DNA of 27,000 nt from Takakia lepidozioides (taxonomy: Eukaryota; Plantae; Bryophyta), in assembly GCA_030704615.1 (NCBI GenBank), contig JAKLZA010000011.1, forward strand, positions 1-27,000, read 5' to 3'. Numbering within the stretch: the stretch's first letter is position 1; the number at the start of each line of letters is the position of its first letter. The notes beneath the pieces were generated by a model that had not been told where the DNA came from, ran no database searches, and worked only from the letters and a program-made list of their open reading frames with translations. A program made the position numbers and the translations under genes. Shown here piece after piece: positions 20,501-27,000 of this stretch.

Positions 20501-21641
20501 CTTCACAAAAGCACTCATTATAGTCCTTCTTGTAGCGGTCATCTCTTTTTGGATGTGAGTCTCAACCCCCTTTGCTGTCCTTCTCTCCTCAGGGGTTGAC
20601 CTGTAGTATTCCAGTTTGCCACGCTCCCCTGCATCTGCAATGTCTTGCTGCAAGGGAATGCACGAGAGTTGCATGAACCGAAGGGCAAGGGAAACAAACA
20701 GAAACAAACATGTGGAAGCAGGACTATGGAAGGGCAGATGAAGGAAGATGTATCTCACCGTGTACATGTACTCCATGAAAGCCTCGCGTGTCAACGAGTA
20801 CCACGTTTCCGATGTCTTGGAGCTTTCGCACTTCTTGTACGTCTCCGCTGAAAGGATGGTCTTGAAGTTGGTCAAGGGCATCTGCCCGATCCTTTGTATC
20901 CTATACAGTGTGTGAACCAGACTCGTTTTGACATGCGATGTCTCCGTTCCTCTGCAGAATGATATCTGAAAGTCAGAATGAAATTCAAGGACTTTAATCA
21001 AAGAACAAAGGAACTGCAAGTGGAACAGGTAGAATGAGAAACCAACCTGTTCACATCATTCATTGCCGTCAGAAGACCCATCATGTTCCCCTCACAATCC
21101 AGCACCATCGATCGAATAGAGTAATGCCACTCTTCCTCCTGTGAGTGCAGCCTCCCAATAACAGCCATCCATGCAAGCAATCGGTGGTTCCCACCCAAAC
21201 GTGAAACATCTTCCCCGAGAATGCCTGGGTGGAAGGTTTCCTGGAGAGAAGAAGTTCGAAGGATTCGTTCACCTGTCTCCAAATAGGATCCCAGGAGTCC
21301 ACGATTGACTCATCCACAAGGAGCTCATTGCCTGTGGAATCCTTTGTACAAACGTAAAACACTGCGGATCCATCCAAATACCCATGAACAAACTCGGCCT
21401 CTAGCTTGAGAATGTCCTTGATGAGGGGTGGTCGAACGACGGGCATGGAAACCATCCTACACAGGGGAATCTTCAACCTCCCACCCGGGGCAAGCATACT
21501 TTGCACCACAAGCTGAGAGTTTACCTTCTGACCCCCCAGCATCTCAGCGGCTTTGCTTTCATAGAACTCATCGTCAACATCAACAATGATATCCTTCCCC
21601 AGTCCCGAAGGGATCTCCTCCGCCACACTTTGCATCTTCTC
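17545..21641 (-). pseudogene. ParB/Srx-domain + beta-class amino-MTase-like fusion gene, copy 2 (core exons; frameshifts as assembled)
   Basis: Exon from ~21641: ...VRPPLIKDILKLEAEFVHGY...GKMFHVW(D)GNHRLLAWM...AMNDVNR. Later exons WYSLTREAFMEYMYT, IADPSFGAQFL, IWNSDPTVRD, KRCLYR|YIKFVL. MTase exons 18648-18986 (ELIILDIPDG), 18237-18522 (ERSPAFIQTIVECCTYTDARVLDLSMGTG) and from 18120 (GASYHACKASARHLFGIEGD). The 3' end is uncertain. Confidence 0.8.
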
Positions 21642-21689
21642 CTGCAGGGTTGTCCATTCAAATTGACATAAGAGTGAGGCATTAGACGA

Positions 21690-24600
21690 GGGTGTTTGAG
21701 CATGGCAAACAGGCCATCTGTGGTAGAAAAGGTGAGCTCAAACAGTGTGCATTGACACACACTGTTTTGAGGTGCAAGGTAAGTGTTCATTGAACCGTAA
21801 GTGTTGAAAGAACACAGTTTGAGCTCCCAGATAAGTGTTTATCGGCCCTCAGAGACATGCCCTATGTGGCCCATTCTCAAATGAAAAAGGCAATGATAAG
21901 GGCAGCTCAAACAGTGTGCGCCAACGCACACTGTTTGAGCTGCCAGGATAGTGATGATTCAACCTCAAATTCAAACCCTATGTGGCCAATTTTCAGATGA
22001 CAAGTGCAATGACATGGCAGCTCAAACACTGTGCGTTGACGCACACTGTTTGAGCTGCCATGCAAGTGATGATTGAACCTCCGAGACCTGCCCTGTATTG
22101 CCGAATTTCACAGGGGAAAAACAAAGACAAGGTGTGCTCAAACAGTGTGCGGCAACGCACACTGTTTGAGCTGCCAGATAAGTGTTCATCTGTCCTCAGA
22201 GACATGCCCTATGTGGCCCATTCTCAAATGAAAAAGGCAATGATAAGGGCAGCTCAAACAGTGTGCGCCAACGCACACTGTTTGAGCTGCCAGGATAGTG
22301 ATGATTCAACCTCAAATTCAAACCCTATGTGGCCAATTTTCAGATGACAAGTGCAATGACATGGCAGCTCAAACAGTGTGCGTTGATGCACACTGTTTGA
22401 GCTGCCATGCAAGTGATGATTGAACCTCCGAGACCTGCCCTGTATTGCCGAATTTCACAGGGGAAAAACAAAGACAAGGTGTGCTCAAACAGTGTGCGGC
22501 AACGCACACTGTTTGAGCTGCCAGATAAGTGTTCATCTGTCCTCAGAGACATGCCCTATGTGGCCCATTCTCAAATGAAAAAGGCAATGATAAGGGCAGC
22601 TCAAACAGTGTGCGCCAACGCACACTGTTTGAGCTGCCAAGATACTGATGATTCAACCTCAAATTCAAACCCTATGTGGCCAATTTTCAGATGACAAGTG
22701 CAATGACATGGCAGCTCAAACAGTGTGCATTGACGCACACTGTTTGAGCTGCCATGCAAGTGATGATTGAACCTCCGAGACCTGCCCTGTATTGCCGAAT
22801 TTCACAGGGGAAAAACAAAGACAAGGTGTGCTCAAACAGTGTGCGGCAACGCACACTGTTTGAGCTGCCATGCAAGTGATGATTGAACCTCCGAGACCTG
22901 CCCTGTATTGCCGAATTTCACAGGGGAAAAACAAAGACAAGGTGTGCTCAAACAGTGTGAGGCAACGCACACTGTTTGAGCTGCCAGATAAGTGTTCATC
23001 TGTCCTCAGAGACATGCCCTATGTGGCCCATTCTCAAATGAAAAAGGCAATGATAAGGGCAGCTCAAACAGTGTGCGCCAACGCACACTGTTTGAGCTGC
23101 CAGGATAGTGATGATTCAACCTCAAATTCAAACCCTATGTGGCCAATTTTCAGATGACAAGTGCAATGACATGGCAGCTCAAACAGTGTGCGTTGACGCA
23201 CACTGTTTGAGCTGCCATGCAAGTGATGATTGAACCTCCGAGACCTGCCCTGTATTGCCGAATTTCACAGGGGAAAAACAAAGACAAGGTGTGCTCAAAC
23301 AGTGTGCGGCAACGCACACTGTTTGAGCTGCCAGATAAGTGTTCATCTGTCCTCAGAGACATGCCCTATGTGGCCCATTCTCAAATGAAAAAGGCAATGA
23401 TAAGGGCAGCTCAAACAGTGTGCGCCAACGCACACTGTTTGAGCTACCAGGATAGTGATGATTCAACCTCAAATTCAAACCCTATGTGGCCAATTTTCAG
23501 ATGACAAGTGCAATGACATGGCAGCTCAAACATTGTGCGTTGACGCACACTGTTTGAGCTGCCATGCAAGTGATGATTGAACCTCCGAGACCTGCCCTGT
23601 ATTGCCGAATTTCACAGGGGAAAAACAAAGACAAGGTGTGCTCAAACAGTGTGCGACAACGCACACTGTTTGAGCTGCCAGATAAGTGTTCATCTGTCCT
23701 CAGAGACATGCCCTATGTGGCCCATTCTCAAATGAAAAAGGCAATGATAAGGGCAGCTCAAACAGTGTGCGCCAACGCACACTGTTTGAGCTGCCAGGAT
23801 AGTGATGATTCAACCTCAAATTCAAACCCTATGTGGCCAATTTTCAGATGACAAGTGCAATCACATGGCAGCTCAAACAGTGTGCGTTGACGCACACTGT
23901 TTGAGCTGCCATGCAAGTGATGATTGAACCTCCGAGACCTGCCCTGTATTGCCGAATTTCACAGGGGAAAAACAAAGACAAGGTGTGCTCAAACAGTGTG
24001 CGGCAACACACACTGTTTGAGCTGCCAGATAAGTGTTCATCTGTCCTCAGAGACATGCCCTATGTGGCCCATTCTCAAATAAAAAAGGCAATGATAAGGG
24101 CAGCTCAAACAGTGTGCGCCAACGCACACTGTTTGAGCTGCCAGGATAGTGATGATTCAACCTCAAATTCAAACCCTATGTGGCCAATTTTCAGATGACA
24201 AGTGCAATGACATGGCAGCTCAAACAGTGTGCGTTGATGCACACTGTTTGAGCTGCCATGCAAGTGATGATTGAACCTCCGAGACCTGCCCTGTATTGCC
24301 GAATTTCACAGGGGAAAAACAAAGACAAGGTGTGCTCAAACAGTGTGCGGCAACGCACACTGTTTGAGCTGCCAGATAAGTGTTCATCTGTCCTCAGAGA
24401 CATGCCCTATGTGGCCCATTCTCAAATGAAAAAGGCAATGATAAGGGCAGCTCAAACAGTGTGCGCCAACGCACACTGTTTGAGCTGCCAGGATAGTGAT
24501 GATTCAACCTCAAATTCAAACCCTATGTGGCCAATTTTAGATGACAAGTGCAATGACATGGCAGCTCAAACAGTGTGCGTTGACGCACACTGTTTGAGCT

Positions 24601-25730
24601 GCCATGCAAGTGATGATTGAACCTCCGAGACCTGCCCTGTATTGCCGAATTTCACAGGGGAAAAACAAAGACAAGGTGTGCTCAAACAGTGTGCGCAACG
24701 CACACTGTTTGAGCTGCCAGATAAGTGTTCATCTGTCCTCAGAGACATGCCCTATGTGGCCCATTCTCAAATGAAAAAGGCAATGATAAGGGCAGCTCAA
24801 ACAGTGTGCGCCAACGCACACTGTTTAGCTGCCAGGATAGTGATGATTCAACCTCAAATTCAAACCCTATGTGGCCAATTTTCTGATGACAAGTGCAATC
24901 ACATGGCAGCTCAAACAGTGTGCGTTGACGCACACTGTTTGAGCTGCCATGCAAGTGATGATTGAACCTCCGAGACCTACCCTGTATTGCCGAATTTCAC
25001 AGGGGAAAAACAAAGACAAGGTGTGCTCAAACAGTGTGCGGCAACACACACTGTTTGAGCTGCCAGATAAGTGTTAATCTGTCCTAGAGACATGCCCTAT
25101 GTGGCCCATTCTCAAATGAAAAAGGCAATGATAAGGGCAGCTCAAACAGTGTGCGCCAACGCACACTATTTGAGCTGCCAGGATAGTGATGATTCAACCT
25201 CAAATTCAAACCCTATGTGGCCAATTTTCAGATGACAAGTGCAATGACATGGCAGCTCAAACAGTGTGCGTTGATGCACACTGTTTGAGCTGCCATGCAA
25301 GTGATGATTGAACCTCCGAGACCTGCCCTGTATTGCCGAATTTCACAGGGGAAAAACAAAGACAAGGTGTGCTCAAACAGTGTGCGGCAACGCACACTGT
25401 TTGAGCTGCCAGATATGTGTTCATCTGTCCTTAGAGACATGCCCTATGTGGCCCATTCTCAAATGAAAAAGGCAATGATAAGGGCAGCTCAAACAGTGTG
25501 CACCAACGCATACTGTTTGAGCTGCCAGGATAGTGATGATTCAACCTCAATTCAAACCCTATGTGGCCAATTTTCAGATGACAAGTGCAATGACATGGCA
25601 GCTCAAACAGTGTGCGTTGACGTACACTGTTTGAGCTGCCATGCAAGTGATGATTGAACCTCTGAGACCTACCCTGTATTGCCGAATTTCACAGGGGAAA
25701 AACAAAGACAAGGTGTGCTCAAAGAGTGCC
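21690..25730. repeat. Array D: ~11 copies of a 347-bp unit, each with three perfect hairpins GCTCAAACAGTGTGCG-NNNN-CGCACACTGTTTGAGC
   Basis: Unit marker agagacatgccctatgtgg at ~21851, 22198, 22545, 23008, 23355, 23702, 24049, 24396, 24742, 25086, 25433. One extra 116-bp subunit at ~22754-22870. Loops CCAA, TTGA, GCAA in fixed order. Confidence 0.95.
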
Positions 25731-25785
25731 CAATTTGGCCGTTTTGGCTACACTTTTTGAGCTTCTTGTTCGCGGTTGATGCAAC

Positions 25786-26330
25786 CTGCATAGATGCCGT
25801 GTGCAGTCTATGTTCATATCGACATAGAATCTCAACTTGGGTTCACATCAGCAATGAAGCACAAAGATGGGTTCCAAAGATTGAACCTTTTTTTTGGCTG
25901 CTCCAGAAGACTCCCCAATCGCCGGGGACCCTTTGCGCTTCGGACTGCTCTCCACGCCTCTCGTGTTCTGGAGCATCTCCCCCATCCTCTCTTCCACTAT
26001 TAGGTTCTTCGTGAGGCCAGCGTCAACATCATCTTCGGCGTCTGCCTCTCCCTCGGATGCAGTGTCCTCCTCATCTGTTCTTGGAACTATGGCAGGCTGC
26101 TGGTCTTCCCCGGATTCCTGCTCTTCCATCGCCGAACTTGTCTCTTTGCCCTCTTCTTCCGCCTTTTCCTCTTCGGCCACTCTTTCCATCCTCATTCTAT
26201 ATCTGGCTCTATTCCTGTTTCTAGAGCTCGTGAAGTACAATGATTTCCTTCTCTTCCTCCTCCGCTGGAAACAAGGGCTCCCCACGATGCCTCTAGAGCT
26301 CTCCAGTTTGACGTTTGCAACAAGGGTTGC
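25786..26330 (-). CDS. Probable upstream acidic/low-complexity exon of copy 2
   Basis: ORF 25848-26285 has a basic then Glu/Asp-rich tract. Candidate donor CAG|GTTGC at ~25785 and acceptor CCTGCAG|GAG at ~21641 flank array D. The linkage is inferred. Confidence 0.45.
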
Positions 26331-27000
26331 TATTGCATGTAACCAAAATGAAAATAGGACATTGTCAACCGTATTTGGATGCGGGTGTTGTTATTGTGTG
26401 CGAACGGAATTCATCCATTTCGGCGTCTTTGTATTATTCAAGAAATAAAGTGCCAGAAAATATGTGCATACGTTGCATGTACTTGTGATATATGTCAGAT
26501 GTACTTCGCCGCCTGCCAATATATGGCGGCCTTCTGGAATGGTTTCAAATTCGGAAGTGCCGCAGAAATCTAATGCTAGTTCAATTTGGAGCAGTTCTTG
26601 CAGATTCCCCATAAATGTTGTGCTTCACATATGCATCCACGTGTTTCGTACTGCCTGCCCTGTGCTTTGCATTTTTCCGTCATCGTCGCCATGGGGTCAT
26701 TCGGTATAAAGGGTTGTGTCGGAAATGATCTTGTGTTGCACACATCCGTGCGAGGTGACTCTTGGAGTGTCAGTGTTTGTGCTGTGCTCTTCTGGCACGG
26801 CACGACCTCATTACATTCGGGGTCTTCCTGTTTACTGCTCTCCTGGGTTTTTGCCGTCTTTCATAAAGGATGGTTTCATGTCATGTTCAGGGTTTGTTTT
26901 TCATCCAAAAACAGCACGGCTTCTTGTGGCCTTCTTTATTTGAAAACAGTTTTTCTAGTTGGTGTCTTCAGCGTGGTTATCTCCGAAGTTCAGTGCATGT

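Larger units (their letters stand above)
16858..27000. mobile_element. Second, related MULE-type element (left end only; continues beyond window)
   Basis: Begins GGGGGGTGCTATTC (cf. element 1 GGGGGCTGCTATTTC), followed by GTGAGCC subrepeats (16873-16930). Carries a paralog of the ParB-MTase gene in the same orientation relative to the left end. Its transposase and right end are not visible. Confidence 0.7.

Noticed and set aside
3331-21641. Bacterial/phage contamination or a restriction-modification/parABS locus
   Set aside because: The ParB-MTase genes have multiple GT-AG introns and lie within MULE ends among LINE debris. No ParA or restriction nuclease is seen.
21993-25657. Repeated 70-120 aa ORFs (MQVMIEPP..., MSLRTDEH...)
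   Set aside because: By-products of the 347-bp tandem unit on both strands, with no domain signal and broken by indels.
21690-25730. CRISPR array
   Set aside because: Only three spacers recur periodically, spacers are ~70-75 bp, there are no cas genes, and the context is spliceosomal introns.

Overview
Eukaryotic, intron-containing, repeat-rich DNA. The LINE fragments, NIF-like gene and intron style suggest a seed-free land plant (inference only). Most of the window is two related Mutator-like (MULE) DNA transposons lying about 40 bp apart. Element 1 is complete (3110-16815, about 13.7 kb), with a 9-bp target-site duplication CAACTCCGC and short TIRs built of CATGAGC repeats. It carries two divergent genes. 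One is a GCM/WRKY-like + DDE + SWIM transposase (+ strand). The other is a long multi-exon gene (- strand) fusing a ParB/Srx-like domain (WDGNHRLLAW) to a bacterial-type beta-class N4C/N6A DNA-methyltransferase fold whose catalytic motif reads DIPD instead of DPPY/SPPY. Element 1 also has three arrays built on the palindrome GGAAATTCGGCGCCGAATTTCC and a ~640-bp internal inverted repeat between the two genes. Element 2 starts at ~16858 and runs out of the window. It carries a diverged paralog of the ParB-MTase gene with shared intron positions and the same DIPDG motif. It also has a ~4-kb, 347-bp-period array of perfect hairpins, probably intronic. The left 3.1 kb holds a NIF/FCP1-like phosphatase fragment and LINE debris. 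Many single-base indels break the ORFs and also appear in repeat copies, so they may be long-read errors rather than true decay. Domain calls come from motif recognition by eye, not database searches.
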